In this document: piece after piece, positions 24,345 to 38,068 of the stretch
How the letters are laid out: every line of letters begins with the position of its first letter
How positions within the stretch are numbered: position 1 is the stretch's first letter
Assembly (NCBI RefSeq): GCF_006345805.1
Contig: NC_042998.1
Location: 43,896,001-43,960,000 of the forward strand
Source: Octopus sinensis
Taxonomy: Eukaryota
Length of the DNA stretch: 64,000 nucleotides
Direction of reading: 5' to 3'
Program-made: the position numbers and the translations under genes
The notes under the pieces: generated by a model
What the model saw: only the letters and a program-made list of their open reading frames with translations
What the model was told of the DNA's origin: nothing
Databases searched by the model: none

Positions 24345-24539
24345 TCTGTTTATTCTTTTACTTGTTTCAGTCTTAGTTATGCTGGGGCACCACGTTAAAG
24401 GGACTTTAGTTGAACAAATCGATCCCAGGGCTTATTCTTTGTAATCCTAGTACTTATTCTCTTGGTCTCTTTTGCCGAGCCGCTAAGTTCAGTTGTCAAG
24501 CGATGGTGGTGGGAGACAAACACAGACACAAACACACAC

Positions 24540-24582
<43 letters not shown>

Positions 24583-24665
24583 CGACGGGCTTCTTTTCGT
24601 TCCCGTTTACCAAATCCACTTGCCCCAATGGTATTGTAGAAGACAGTGGCCACACAGCCTTGTTG
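24345..24665 (-). mobile_element. SINE family 3 with internal (TA)n/(CA)n
   Basis: Aligns with the 50325-50745 copy (cttgtttcagtc...atgctgg..cacc...gtcgaacaaatcgacccc...tacgacgggcttctttc). Confidence 0.75.
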
Positions 24666-25129
24666 TTTTTTCATAAGAGTAATGTGTTACTTGAGGGATA
24701 TTTTGGCTAATATTTCTTTTGTGTGAAACGACCACATGGTAGATTCCGCATTGGCTTTGGCTGAGGGAGTTGCTTACAAGAAAGAATTTGTAAGAAAGAA
24801 TTTGTAAGAAAGAATTTGTAAGAAGCGTGTTAAAGTGGAAATAAACGATGTAAAAAGATAGGGAAGAAAAAAAAATAGAGTTAGGTATGGAATACCAAAT
24901 GAGTAGTTACGTCTAATAACTTTCAATTGAATCAAATTGAAAATTTGTAGTATATAGCTTAACGCCAAGTCAAACTTGACTGAGTAGACTTTCGATTGAG
25001 TAAATGCAAGTGTTCAACCGTAACCATCTTACTACCTTCTTTTTAGCATATTCATGGAGCATCATCGGCTACATCATCCAATTTCGGTTAACAAATTTCT
25101 TTATGACGGTACAATGTCATTTGAAATTG

Positions 25130-25360
25130 CGGTGAGTCGGCCTTGATTGAAAAGTCGACCTAGTATCAAGTGCTTCCATCCATGATCATCCCATTTTTTC
25201 TTTTCTTTTCTGTTTTTTTCTTTGGTGATGTATAGTATTCGACACTGGTTCTTTCTTTAGCCCTTCAAGTTTTTACAGGGTCGAGTTGCTAGCCCAACGC
25301 TTAACCCCCCTCCTTTCTCATCCTAGACTTGGGACCAGGCCATGACGGAGATAATTGGCG
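25130..25360 (-). mobile_element. RTE-clade 5' UTR fragment
   Basis: ggtcccaag...ggaggggggttaagcg..gggctagcaac..ccctgtaaaaac, the typical RTE leader pattern (recalled); left boundary uncertain. Confidence 0.6.
25298..25360 (-). ncRNA. Degenerate twister ribozyme motif
   Basis: CGCCAAT-TAT-CTCC-GTC-ATGG-CCTGG-TCCCAAGT-CTAGG-ATGAGAAA-GGAG-GG-GGG-TTAAGCG; CUCC/GGAG helix, UCCCAAG loop and GGG partner match the twister layout. Confidence 0.6.
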
Positions 25361-28300
25361 ATCATTGATTGCCCGATGTGCCGCTCGAAGACGCCAACGG
25401 ACCGAAGAAGAAGAAGAAGAAGAAGAAGAAGAAGAAGAAGAAGAGTATACCACGAGCTGTATTATTCAATGTGGCCATCTGTTTTTTTTTTCCCTTAATC
25501 TTGCTAAGGACGGCAAAATGTGATTGAGGGAGATTCTGGCTACTGTTTCTAGTGAACGGAGCGACCACGTAGTGGTTCTTTCATTAGTTTGAGTTGTGAG
25601 AAATGCAGACAGTGGGCGCCGTGCTATCGAACTTGTGAGACACAGTGCTTTGAAATGAGGAATCAATTTACTAGCATCGTTAGCATAGCTGTCGTGAAAT
25701 GTAATATATTTTGTTTACTAAAATGTCTATACTTGCTTTTCTGCTTTTTTTTTTAGAGGAATTACAACAACAACAACAACAACAAAAAACAACGACAATA
25801 AAAAACAACTACGATAATGGACAAAACACACACACACACATACAAAAAAAGAATAAAACAGTAAATATAGACCTTTTTTCCCGAGCCTGCTAAAGAGTTA
25901 TATATTACTGCAAACGAAAATAATACATCCCTAAGTTAACAAGCGAAAACAAAAATAATTATAACAATTAAAGCAATTAAGTCCTGGCGATGGAGTTAAT
26001 GTATGTTAAGCGATATACTTTTATTTATTTGATTATTTATTTATCAATTGAATTATTTATTTATTTACTTATTTAATTATTTATTCATTCATTTATTTAG
26101 ATTTCCTTCTAGACAAATGTGTTGCGCGCGCGTGTGTATGTGTGTTCGTGTGCGCGCGCGTGTTTCTGCTATTTTGTTCCTGTTCGTTCGTCAGTTATTT
26201 TTGTTCTTTTTGGCGGGAGGAGGGATTGTTATTTATTGTTATTGTTGTTGTTGTTGTTGTTATTGTTGCTGCTGCAGCTGTTGTTGATTCACGTCGTTGT
26301 TTTAGTTTAATCTACCAAACATATGGTGTGTGTCTTCATAGTAGCACAACCTTCCCCGTAGGTTCGTCGATTACATGTCGATAACTCGTTACCTGTTAAC
26401 CAGCCAGACGTAAGAAAATAAACCCAAAACAGATCGTTCATCCATTATTGCACAGTAGAAACAACGCACGCGCACACGTTTACATTAATATGCATGCACA
26501 TGTAAAAAAAAAAAAAAATAAATAAATGTGCGTTCACGTACAGTTATGAATTTGCATCACACGCATATACCCGCATACACGTATATACAGATACAGAAAG
26601 ACACGAAGACAAGATTCACTTATATACTCACTCATGCGCACATATATTCACACAGAAACACACAGTAACACGTGCATATTTAAACATCCTCTAGCAGTTA
26701 ATGCAACTGCTTCTACAGAAGGCAGAATTTTTTTCTTCTTGTACTGCAGGTCGCTGTGATTTTTTTTTTATTTATTTACCAGTTTGTTAATCTTTTGCAT
26801 TTTCTAATATTGACAATCTTTCCAAACCATTTATATAACTGTCTGTCTTTTCTAACATCTTTGTACCGATTAAAATGCAGTCTGTGAAGAATTACTTCAA
26901 TAATACCGCACTACTTTATGCATCTGTGCAACTAAATAGATTAATATAATCAATTAATTTTATTTCTTTTCAATTCAAAAGCAATTGCTTTCTTTACTCG
27001 TTTGTTTATTTTTTTTCCCGCTCACTTAGAAAAAAAAATTCTTACAGCTCAGAATAGCGCAGAATTTTGCCGCGTAAATTATACAGCGATGCTATGTCAT
27101 ACAGTTCTACTTGATGTAAACATTATCATATGACATCATTACAATCACATTCGTCTTCACTCATGAATTTTATAAATTTTATAAACATTTTCTTGAAAAT
27201 ACCTTACAATACAATATTATATAATACTACATAATATTTTTTTTTAATCTATAAGAATACATAGTTGCACGCTGAGATAAAACCGAATAAAACGATTTAC
27301 AGGGCTCTGTTTGGTGCCACGAGTTTTCAGTTCAATTTTTTTCAACCGGAGTCAACATTACATTTTAACTATTAAGAGTTCATAAAATAAAGGTAAGAGA
27401 GTGGGATGAATTTGAATACCTGTATAACCTTCTTTTAATAGAAAATTATCGTTATTAGATTAGAACAGTTGTAGTTGGGTAGCAAAAATTGAAAGGGAGA
27501 ATTAGCTGAAACAAGAATCTTATGCTACTAGGCACCAGGTTTATACTTGAATTCTCCCTTGACGACGATATCTCTAAAACGAGGGTTCTTATCTTTCTAT
27601 ATTATCCCTTCCTTCCTTAAACCAAAGATTGATTTTCTATAATACAACAATATTTTTGCTTATTGTTGATTTAGTTGTTTCTATGGTTGACATAAAAAAA
27701 TATGACTAATAAAACAAGTAACAAAAAGACAAAGATACAGTGCAATTCTTGACTGTTTGTGCAGTTTACTGCTATCGCTGTAGCAACTTAACTGCTCTAA
27801 AACTACTCCGATGTCATTTGTCATTCCTATGTGAATAGATTAAAAAAAGGAGGTATCTATAATGAACAGGGTTCAATCGATTATATTCTTTGGTATAGAG
27901 AAAATAAATCACCTCTAGTGTTATCTAGTCATTATTAAGAAATAGCACAAAGGGAGTTATGCTACGCACGCTTCTGAAACCCTATCTCATTACAAAGGTT
28001 GCATTCAGTCTTTATGTGAGGAATTTAATTCTATTTGCCTCAAGCTTCATAGTTAATTAAGAACACTTTTTTTTATTATTATTGATTGACACATCATCCT
28101 GTTAACTTGAATCGACTGGATTGTTCAATGACTAGTTCAAAGATTTGCGCTGGGAAAATGATAAGCGTTGCAGCCCTTCTTTTCAAAGTCCTATACATCT
28201 AAGATGCTTTACTCGCATGAGCTGAATTACACTAAGAATGGATTGTTTCATTCGTTTGAAACTGATAAAATAATCGTTAATTAATAAACAAATATGGATT

Positions 28301-30299
28301 ATATTAACTCTATAACGTCTCTTTATAGTGTTATATGTGTATATAAAAGAAATATTTTACGAGCTTTTGCTAATTCCTTGGGAATATATGTCAAAGTCAC
28401 AACCTGACACTTGCCTGCTTTTACAAACAATAAATTTGCAGGTATTAACTATTGTTTTGTTTTTTATTAAAGGTGCCGAGACAACATTATGCAACAGTAA
28501 ATTCAAAAGTAGTTTATGTTAAACAATAACAAAAAAAAAAACGCTATTTAGTTTTTAGTTTTATACAAAAGTGTAGCAATTTGTTGGAGGTAAGTTCAAT
28601 GACTGTATTTATTCCTGAAAGATATTAACAAACCATCATTATATTTGTTAATATTCTTTAGTCATATAGGTGTTTCTTGATTGAATAACTATGACCAATT
28701 GCTTCCAGCCTGTGATCATCCCATTTATTTATTATTTTTTTGTTTTTGTTTCAAAGAGTTTATTGTCAAAGGAATTTGACTGTTTGTTATCAAAGGGGCG
28801 AGGATTTGTTGCAGGATAATCAGGACGTGTAGACAAGCCAACACATAATGCACATCACAGTTACGAGGGTTATAGTTTTTCAAATAGTTTCTTTCAGAAT
28901 TACTTCATCTTTAGTTATTGGTTATATCACCTTCGCCGCAAGGGAACAGAGGTTTAAATTTAGGACACTGGTTATTCCGAACTTTGTTAGAGACTGATCA
29001 GCATGGTAGCAAGCATTGTCAATTCGAAGAGCAGCCCAGGGAAACATGGAAATAACTGGTTTTGAGGAAAGCTGTATATTATGCTTGAGCATTTTTAATG
29101 CACACCTGCACCAGGCCTTACGAGCTCTATCGAAAAACATTAGTTGACAAAACAGCACTCAAAGGAGGAAGTATAGTTGTTCAAATATATTTCCTTCCTA
29201 TCTTCATCGCCCTTCCCCACTCTCTTTTTCGCTTTTGCCCTATAAATTTATTTGTGTATTCCATGTCTGTTCCCCTTTTATTGTAATGATCAAAAAGTGT
29301 TATGTTCTGTAAACAGTAGCTTGACATTTAAAAAAAAACTTTCCTCGTAGTACTCACTAAGTAACTAAGATAAACCTTATTTTGGAACCCTTTATTGGAG
29401 GCAATCAGTGGACATGAGAATAAATAGAATGTCGATCACATTTGACAACCAAAAGCAACTAATTTCAGGCATCCCTGAAAATAGTATAGCAAATCCGTAT
29501 TTGTTGTTTTGCTCTCTCGGAAAAGATACTTTCAGTTTATATCGCTTCTACGTGCAGTCAACAAGAAATCTATAGGCTCAGTCGAACTAACTGCAATTTG
29601 GTGCCATCAATAAGTTCAGTATGGTAAATAAAACGTTGATAATCTAATCATATGTCTATATATTATGAAGTCGCATTTATATTAGCTTTGACGAAAATGT
29701 TTTCCTGTCCCAGTGCTAGAGAAGTAAAACGAAATGATCGTTTCTTCAATTTTTCATTCTAATGATACAGATGATAGAGAAAATGGATGTGTGCTGGTTC
29801 TTCATTTCTTGAAAGTTATCAGAGAACTGAGTGGAAGATTGTAACTTGGAATCAATCGATACCGTGTGACAAAAGTGATTTCGTATATAGCATTGAAGAC
29901 TCGACGAGGATTGTCATTTCATAAACGTATTTTCCACAGAGGTTTTTGAACTAAGAACCAAAAACTTGCCACGTACTCATTTCCGAGCATACCTCTGTGT
30001 ACTACTACTACTACTACTACTACTATAGATAGTATTGCTGTGCTGCAGCAGCTGATAATGTTGCTGAAGGTGATGATGAAGTGGTGGATGACAACGACTA
30101 CGAAGCTATGTTAATAACAGTTGCTCATATTGGCAGAAGTCCAAAACTTTTAATGGTAGTTTTATTCTTTTGCATCGACGTAATTATTTGTAGAAATGGT
30201 CATCAAAATATAACTTGTTTTTGAAAACAGTCATGTTGATCGAATTATTTTCTTATCTGACACATTATATGGTCCGGGATTTACATTCAGAACATGTAG

Positions 30300-30363
<64 letters not shown>

Positions 30364-30370
30364 AATAATA

Positions 30371-30411
<41 letters not shown>

Positions 30412-30620
30412 TTCTACTAAAGGCACAAGGCCTGAGATTTTGGGGGAGGGGCTAGTCGATTACATCGACCTCACCATTTGAAGGGTATTTAATTCATTGA
30501 CCCCGAAAGGGTAAAAGACAAAGTCGACCTCGGCGAAGTTTGAACTCAGAACGTAGTCACGGTCGAAATACCACCGAGCATTTCGTCCAGCGTGCTAACA
30601 ATTCTGCCAGCTCACCACCT
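30412..30620 (-). mobile_element. SINE family 1 with (ATT)n tail (30300-30411)
   Basis: Full head to tail on the minus strand. Confidence 0.85.
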
Positions 30621-30858
30621 TAATAATAATAATTTCCATTTTCCCCCTTTATTTTCTTTGTTGACTTTTTTTATTTTTCGTTTTTTTATTTTTTCTCTGT
30701 CTTTGTTCCCTTTCTCTCTATCACTTGACTTTATAAATGGACAATTTGGTGTGTTTATTTTAATGGCTTACCAATGTATACAATGCGTTTCTCTGCCCCA
30801 GGTGTCAGAAAGACACTCGACAAGAAATGGAAAGAAGATGATAATGAAAATGGTTTTG

Positions 30859-30911
<53 letters not shown>

Positions 30912-30915
<4 letters not shown>

Positions 30916-31470
30916 GCCCTGATGCAGTACCAGGGAGTGGCTCTTATGGCTTTTGATCTTAACTGATTGGAAGTGTTATCATGTACATTGTTTTGACTTC
31001 GTATCAAAGATGAGCTACAGCAAATATTTTGCTCAATACCACAGATTTGCTTGTCAGTTGTTTGACCATAACCAGTTGAGCACGTCCCTTAGTTGCTGCC
31101 GATATGTGCATCTCTGATCACGAGCAGAAGTAGTGGGGGAGCATCATAGCCATGTGTTGAGTAGAATTCTTGGGGTTTGATTAATTCACCTCTGGAAACA
31201 TGGGTGTTTTGTTCAACATTCTTAAACAACCCTTATTCATGGACCTTTTGAGCGGAATGGGTTACTCGACCAGAAGAAAATTTTAACTAGGCCCCACCTG
31301 CAAGGTCATGTGCTGTTTATCTTGATATGAGATCACCATGTTGCGCACACATGGTTGTGATGCATGTCCCTAGTGTACTCTTCTCAGACAGGTAGTCATG
31401 ATGGGTACACTGGGCTTCGTATATTTTACCCCAGTGTCACTTTGATGGCATGCACTGCTCTCTCTCACTC
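30912..31470 (+). mobile_element. ~560-bp non-coding interspersed element inside (AAT)n, copy 1
   Basis: Same termini (aaatgccctgatgcagtacc ... gcactgctctctctcactc) as the reverse-complement copy at 56969-57506; strand assigned by (AAT)n polarity only. Confidence 0.85.
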
Positions 31471-31516
<46 letters not shown>

Positions 31517-32496
31517 GAATTAACAATATAATACATACAGAAAATGTGATGCACCCACAAACACTTAAGAAACAAGATGAAAGAGTAAACAACTGGAAAA
31601 TGGAAGGGCAATACCTCAAGAAATCGAAGGAAAAGACAAGATCAACACTTGGGGATGGCTAACAAAAAATGATATGAAAGGATGCACTGAGGCATTGATA
31701 TGCAGCGCCCAGGAAAAGCTCTGGGAACTAATTACACCAAGTTCTAAACATATAAGAGTGGAGAATCACAGCTTTGTAGGATGTGTGGCAGCAGAAACGA
31801 AACAATCTCACATATTGTGAGTGAGTGTAGCAAGCTTCGCCAAAAGTACTACAAAAAGAGGATCGATAACGTGGGTAAGTTCGTCCACTGGAGGTTGTGA
31901 AGAGCACGGCCTGAACAGAGCACGGAAACGGTACGAACATGAACCAGAAGGATTTACTGAGAACAAGGAATATAAGATACTGTGAGATTTTACAATCCAA
32001 TGTGACACCCTAATGGAGGCTCGGAGACATAATATTGTTGTGGTACATAAGGGAGAAAAGGGAAACCAAGATTATAGATATTGCAATACCTGGAGATGCA
32101 CGCATAAGTGACAAAGAAGTAGAAAATAATGAAAAGTACAGACTGCGACTGCTAAAAGACGAAATTGGAAGATTGTGGACTATGGGGAGAGTGTCTGTCA
32201 TTCCAGTAGTTGTAGGGGCACTCGGAGCACCAACAACCAAGTTCAAGAAATATGTCAAAGAAATCGGAGTGAACATGAGAGCAGAGCAAGCCCCCAAAAC
32301 TGCTCTGCTGGGGACAGCTAGGATTTTGAGATTAGTACTTGGATATTGAGTCTCTCCGACTATAATTAACAAGTAAGTATCAAAGCTTATAATGTGCGGG
32401 AAGAGAATTTGTGAGACTTATGACAACAGGCTGCTGTCCGTTCTCACAGAATCTACCAGAACAAACAAGACCGAGCGTTCTGAGAAGTAAAACAAT
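31517..32496 (+). mobile_element. 5'-truncated R4/Dong-type RLE retrotransposon, family C
   Basis: WGWLTKNDMKGCTEALICSAQE, a decayed zinc-knuckle region, TKIIDIAIPGD...SVIPVVVGALG...KTALLGTARILRLVLGY* (stop 32349), then a 3' UTR. Confidence 0.9.
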
Positions 32497-32500
32497 GCTG

Positions 32501-32538
<38 letters not shown>

Positions 32539-32719
32539 GCTACTACTACTACTACTACTCTACTACTATTACCACTACCAATACTACTACTACTACTTTA
32601 ATAGAAAATTATTGTTGCTACTACTACTACTGCTGCTGCTGCTACTTCTACTACTACTACTACTGATGATGATGATGATGATGAGAATGATGATAATGAT
32701 GATGATGATGATGATGATA

Positions 32720-32890
32720 GAAGCAAAGAAAATGAGAATGTCCAGCAGAGCTTTTGCAAAAAGTTTGCCTTCTTGCCACAGCCAGAAGATAATTCGAGAA
32801 GCTAGTTGAAGAAAAGAAATAGCATGGTACCGTAGGCTGCAGGTAGCAAGCCCGCTGCTTATGGGAGATTGCAGGACTGATTTAAATGAA
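32720..32890 (+). mobile_element. R4/Dong-type 3' end, family E
   Basis: PAELLQKVCLLATAR plus 3' UTR agcatggtaccgtaggctgcaggtagcaagcccgctg shared with 44957 and 53306. Confidence 0.75.
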
Positions 32891-32900
32891 TGATAATAAT

Positions 32901-33340
32901 CCTTCTTACTACTAATAAGAACAAGGTCTGCAATATTGTTGGGGAGGAAACCAGTCGATTACATAGAGTCCAGTCATTGACTGACAATTATTTAAACGAC
33001 CCCGAAGGATGAAAAAGAAAGTCGACCTCGACGGAATTTCGGACTCAAGTACATAAAGACGAAGTGCTACTGAGGGTTTTGTTCAGATCGGAAACGATCC
33101 TGCCAGCTAGTTGCCTTCTTTCTACAATAGGTACAATGCTTGAAATTTGAGGTGCTAACCATTTACATCGACCCCAATGCTAAAATGGTGGTTTTTTATC
33201 GAGCCCAGTATTTGACTGGCACTTATTTAATCGATCACGAAGGATGAAAGGTAAAGTCAAGTTCGGCGGAATTTTAAAAACTCCGAAGAAATACCTAAAA
33301 CACGTTTTCAACGTTCTGACGATTTTGCTACCTCGCCGCT
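32901..33340 (-). mobile_element. Two tandem diverged family 1 SINEs
   Basis: Repeated cgaccccgaaggatgaaa..aaagtcgacctcg motifs. Confidence 0.7.
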
Positions 33341-34544
33341 TTATTTAATTCTAACAGAGACACCAGCGTGAAATTTATGGAGGTGGGATATATTCTGTTT
33401 AACCGCTCCCATTTTCTGACTGGAATTTTAACGTACTCGCAAGAATGAATTGCAATATTATCCACAGGACATTTAAACCCAAGCGTTAAATGCTAAAATC
33501 TGCTAGGTATTAATAATAACAGTTGTTAGAAGTGATTTCAAACAAAGATGAGCACTATTCAGGAGATGTGAAAGTACTGTAAAGAATTACTTGTTGGGTG
33601 TGTTCTATATATATATATGAAGAGTTGTGTTAAAATCTGCCGCATATATAAATTAGTAGGATACGTGTCAGTCTTTGATAACCCAGTTACTAACAAAATA
33701 ATAAACAAATGGACAATGTAATTTTAAGTGGAGATATCCTAATAGAGTAAGAGGTACAAATGAAGACATGCGATGAATTAGATGAGAAAATCTTGCTGAT
33801 TCTTAAGTTAGTAAAGAGAGATAAAGAACTTTGCGTATTTTCTCAGACTGATGATATCGAGGCGGTTGATGCCCAAATTAAACAGTTATAGGTCAATGTC
33901 CGGCATAAACGTTGTAGGCGTTGAGAAAACAGGAGAAGGAGGAGGATCCACTAGCTTAAATGTATTCAGTAGAATAATGTCCAGAGTGAATTGATGAATC
34001 AAATGATATAGCCTAGGAACACGTTAACCCTGATGTAGGTTCGCATATCCTCTAAACTGAACTAATGTCACTCGATTATGCTTATAATTTTGTGATAATC
34101 TATGGGCTGGGAGTAGAAAAATATGAAATATCAGTGCTTTATAATATAATGGGGAGAATATTATCGGTTCAGGAACGATGACTGACCTTAGAGAAAGCAA
34201 AATCAATCCAAGGGCTGCAAATAAGAATATATTCTTGGATAATTTTAAGGACTAAAGATCCTTATTTCTCACAGGTTGAATCAATTAATATGTTGCATAT
34301 TTTAAACTATTTAGAATGATAAAAGACTGACCTATCAAACGTTTTGTGACAAAGCTTCAGAATTTCTTACAAGCTTACAATAACATGTAAATAACAGAGA
34401 CAGAGCAAGAGATAAATTAGCAGGGCCCACGAGTACGGCTCAAACTACCTGTTCTTATCACCTCTTCATTCAAAAGACAAGAACTACCTCATAAACAAGA
34501 AATCTCTCTCTCTCTTGCTCTCTCTCTCTCTCGCTCTCTCTCTT

Positions 34545-34715
34545 TGTGTATGCTTTTATCCCCCACTTTGACAACCAGTAATTTAGTGGTTCGGAGAAAG
34601 AGAGTCAAAGAATAAATATCAGGCTTAGAAAAATAATTACTGGGGTTCGATTAAAATTCTTCGAGTTGGTGACCCAGTATGGCCGCAGTCTAACGACTAA
34701 AACAAGTAAGAGATA
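34545..34715 (+). mobile_element. SINE family 3, 3' part
   Basis: ttgacaacc...gttcggagaaagagagtc..gaataa...ggtgacccagtatggccgcagtc..actaaaacaagtaag. Confidence 0.55.
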
Positions 34716-37700
34716 AGAGAAGATAGTTGTCTGATGTGTTAAAAGTTTGAATCAGAGAATTACAATATGGACTGTTATACTTTATTACTTATAAATGCAG
34801 GCATCATGGAGTATAAAGAACGAACTGGGATTTTAGTTCACAGTTAAACTGTTAAACTGAGAAACAGTCCTGGTAACTCGGTCAGCCTATCTCACCTACT
34901 TTGAATAAAGAAAAAAAATAGCTGCTGCTTTGCTTCGTTGAATTCAGATCTATCCAGTAAATAAGCTTTAGTTTCCCTAATTCAAAGATAATCACGCACG
35001 TGTGCTAACTTAAAAGATAGGTATAACAAACAACGTGCGTAAAAAGAGCAAGAAACTAGCCGTAACAATCAATAGATAAGGCGATAAAAAAAAGAGCATG
35101 TAATAATGACAAATTAAATAATATGTACTGAGAAAATATTCCTTAAATTATAATATTTGTGCAGGAAAGCGACCACAAATATCCTATGCATTCGTAACTA
35201 ATTATGAATGACTACAAAAAAAAAGAAAGAAAAGGAAAAAGATTACTTCACAAGCAATATTGTACATAATGCGCAGATGGATAAATTTTACGCTGATATT
35301 AGAATCAGACAGGTAGTTCTCACTTTCTTTCTAAGTGATACAGAATATGGCTTAATTTATTTTCTAAATTTTATCTAGTTATATAAAAAATAATCTGTTG
35401 ATTGAATAATTATATGCATCTTAGTAGACATACGGCTGGTTCAGTGTTATAAGCATTAGTTAATATCAACCAACGCAGACTACTTGAACACAGTCATAAT
35501 GGTTATGAAGTAAAATGTCTTAGGTTGGACTAGGTGACCCGCGCTAAAATCACGCAAGTCCGTATAAACTATTTCAGTCTAAGAATTTCGAAAGAAATTT
35601 GAATTGGTTAATCTATTGATTCATAGACGTTTACTTATCAGTCTGTAATCTAAAACCATATAAATAACTACCGATATTATAATGTAAAATACTATTTCAA
35701 TAAAGGAAACCTCCAGAAAGAGGTTGTCACCGCAAAAATATAATTAAAGTGATAGAGAGTATTAACTCTGTTCATAGAAATAGAGAAATTGTGGATATTT
35801 TCATTTATATGAAATATTAAAATTAATAATAATAAATTAGATAAGGAGGAAAAAATGTAAATGAAACAGAGCAATAAAAATGCTAACAGTCTCCGCCCGA
35901 TGCTAGTCATGCGAGTATTAGTTGCACTACAGCTGAAGCAAATAGCTTGCAGTTGCATCTGGCAACTTGTTCGCTACTACATATGTTCTACCGATATGCG
36001 CTGCAGCTGTTCCATTCTGAAACCAAATTTGTTTGAGTAAAAAAGAAGTAAAATAAAATAATAAAAAAAGGGAAAGGTAAAAGAGAAAAATAACACTTGA
36101 CAACTATTCACTTTCTGGTACTTTGGTTCGTTCGAAGTAATTCATCCGTGAAATTAAACAACAGAATCTAGTTATTCCTGGACACAGTTTGGCGAAATGT
36201 TTAATTAAATTTTATTTTTGATGAAATGAAATTTATATTTTTGGCAACGTTTCCTATTTAAAAGTACTTTAGACATTTTCGTAAGATATATAGATATACT
36301 AACAGGTTGCTTTTCCTCTGCATCACAGCGATATTCTAAAGCTATGTAGTTAACTTGTATACATAGCCAGATGCAAGTATTTAACGACTGGTAAAACAAA
36401 GTGTATGCTTTGTTTGAAACCAGCTCTAGTGCATCTCGATGCTGATTGGTGTAGAACACCGGGTTTTGCTCAACACGTGGTCGTTATGTGACAATTTAAC
36501 GAACAGCATGTAGTTTGCTAGCTTAAACTTCTCCCATGCTTTCACTCTTTCTGTCTTTCCATAATTGGGTTTGTTTTAAACTCATGCCGTGTGAGTTCCA
36601 CTAAGTCTTCGGCGTAACTGCGTTTCTCTACTAAGCGGAGCATTAGTTATGCAGCGGTGCAACAGAAACCGACAAACGCACACACAAACACACGCCCATA
36701 TATGTAAATATATAAAAATAAACACTGTAAATAGTTCAGTGAAAAGGATTCGTTATCGACAGCGAAATTAAATTTATAGTGAAAAGCGCGGAGTGTAAAA
36801 GGATCTTTATAGCAGTTCCAATCACAGACATACCAAAAACGACAGCAACAACAACAATAATTACAAACAGGAAACAAACAAAGGAATTTTTTTTTAAATA
36901 TCTTTTTTGATTAACGCGTTCCCAGGAAAAATAATATTACAAAAATAATAAAAAAAAAAAAATTAAGAAACGAAGCTATCAATATTAATTTATTCGTGTG
37001 ATGCAGCTTCGCGCATCGCATAAGATGAATATTTTTGTATTTCAGTAGGTGCACTGGATGATGTAAAGTTTTTACTGCAATGACAAGTGACTGTTGATAT
37101 ATATGTAGCAGCTACATTTTAATATATACTTCGGATGAAATAACAATTACTCTCACTCTAAATGTAATGTAAAGTTATTTATTTTTTTCCCGTTCTGATT
37201 CCCAATCACAAACTTACCATCTACAAACGCACAAATACACACATATACTAAATATTATATACACACATAGACACACATATACATGCATACACACACACAT
37301 ACACACATTCAACAGTTTCTATTTCTGCAAATGCAACTTTTAAAGCGAACAGCTTGAGAAGACAGGGGTTGCAGAATAACAAATGGAGTGAAATATCTTA
37401 TAAAAATTCTGAAACTGCACTGTAAAAATTAATTTCCTAGATTTTCTTTTCTCAGTCTTTTCATCCGTAAAGATTAACCGAAAATTGATTTACTTCAGGA
37501 ATTTCCCTTTGTAATTTTCAGGAATACTACGCGCACACACATACACACACGCTTTCTCACTCGCACAATCGAAACGGCAGCATAAGCTCACACAACACAC
37601 ATACACGTACACACGCGCGCACACACACTCGCAAACGCACATATATATACACAAAGACAAATACGCAATAAGAAGGAAATTAAAACTATTTTTTTTTGTT

Positions 37701-38027
37701 TGTTAGCGTCTCGTTAATCTGCTCTTATTTATTGTTTCCTTAAACGAATGAAACAAACCGGTTATAAGTTCTAATTATAAGATATAGCGCAGAATACCCT
37801 GCATTTCCGTCTATTTAAGATTCATGATCGGTTTAGTGATATTTTCTTATTTTATCTTTAAATTTCCTGATCGTAGATTCAAAATTCGCAATGTCTGTCA
37901 TAAAGTGAAGAAATGCGGGAAGTATTACTAGACGTCAACAAATACTTCTCGGGATACTATCTAAGAAGCTGCACTTTGTAGTTCCATCCACTTGTTGCTA
38001 ATTTATACGCAGTGAATAGACATATAT

Positions 38028-38068
<41 letters not shown>

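Noticed and set aside
24778-24824. 14-bp unit aagaaagaatttgt x3
   Set aside because: Ordinary short tandem duplication with no spacers; not CRISPR-like
25466-25666. Non-repetitive minus-strand ORF as an exon
   Set aside because: Starts at TTG, no convincing donor, no recognisable protein motif
30912-30975. Hammerhead, HDV or U2 snRNA similarity at the end of the 560-bp element
   Set aside because: CTGATGC is not CUGANGA and no GAAA partner follows; the hairpin is too short for HDV; U2 resemblance is limited to a few scattered bases
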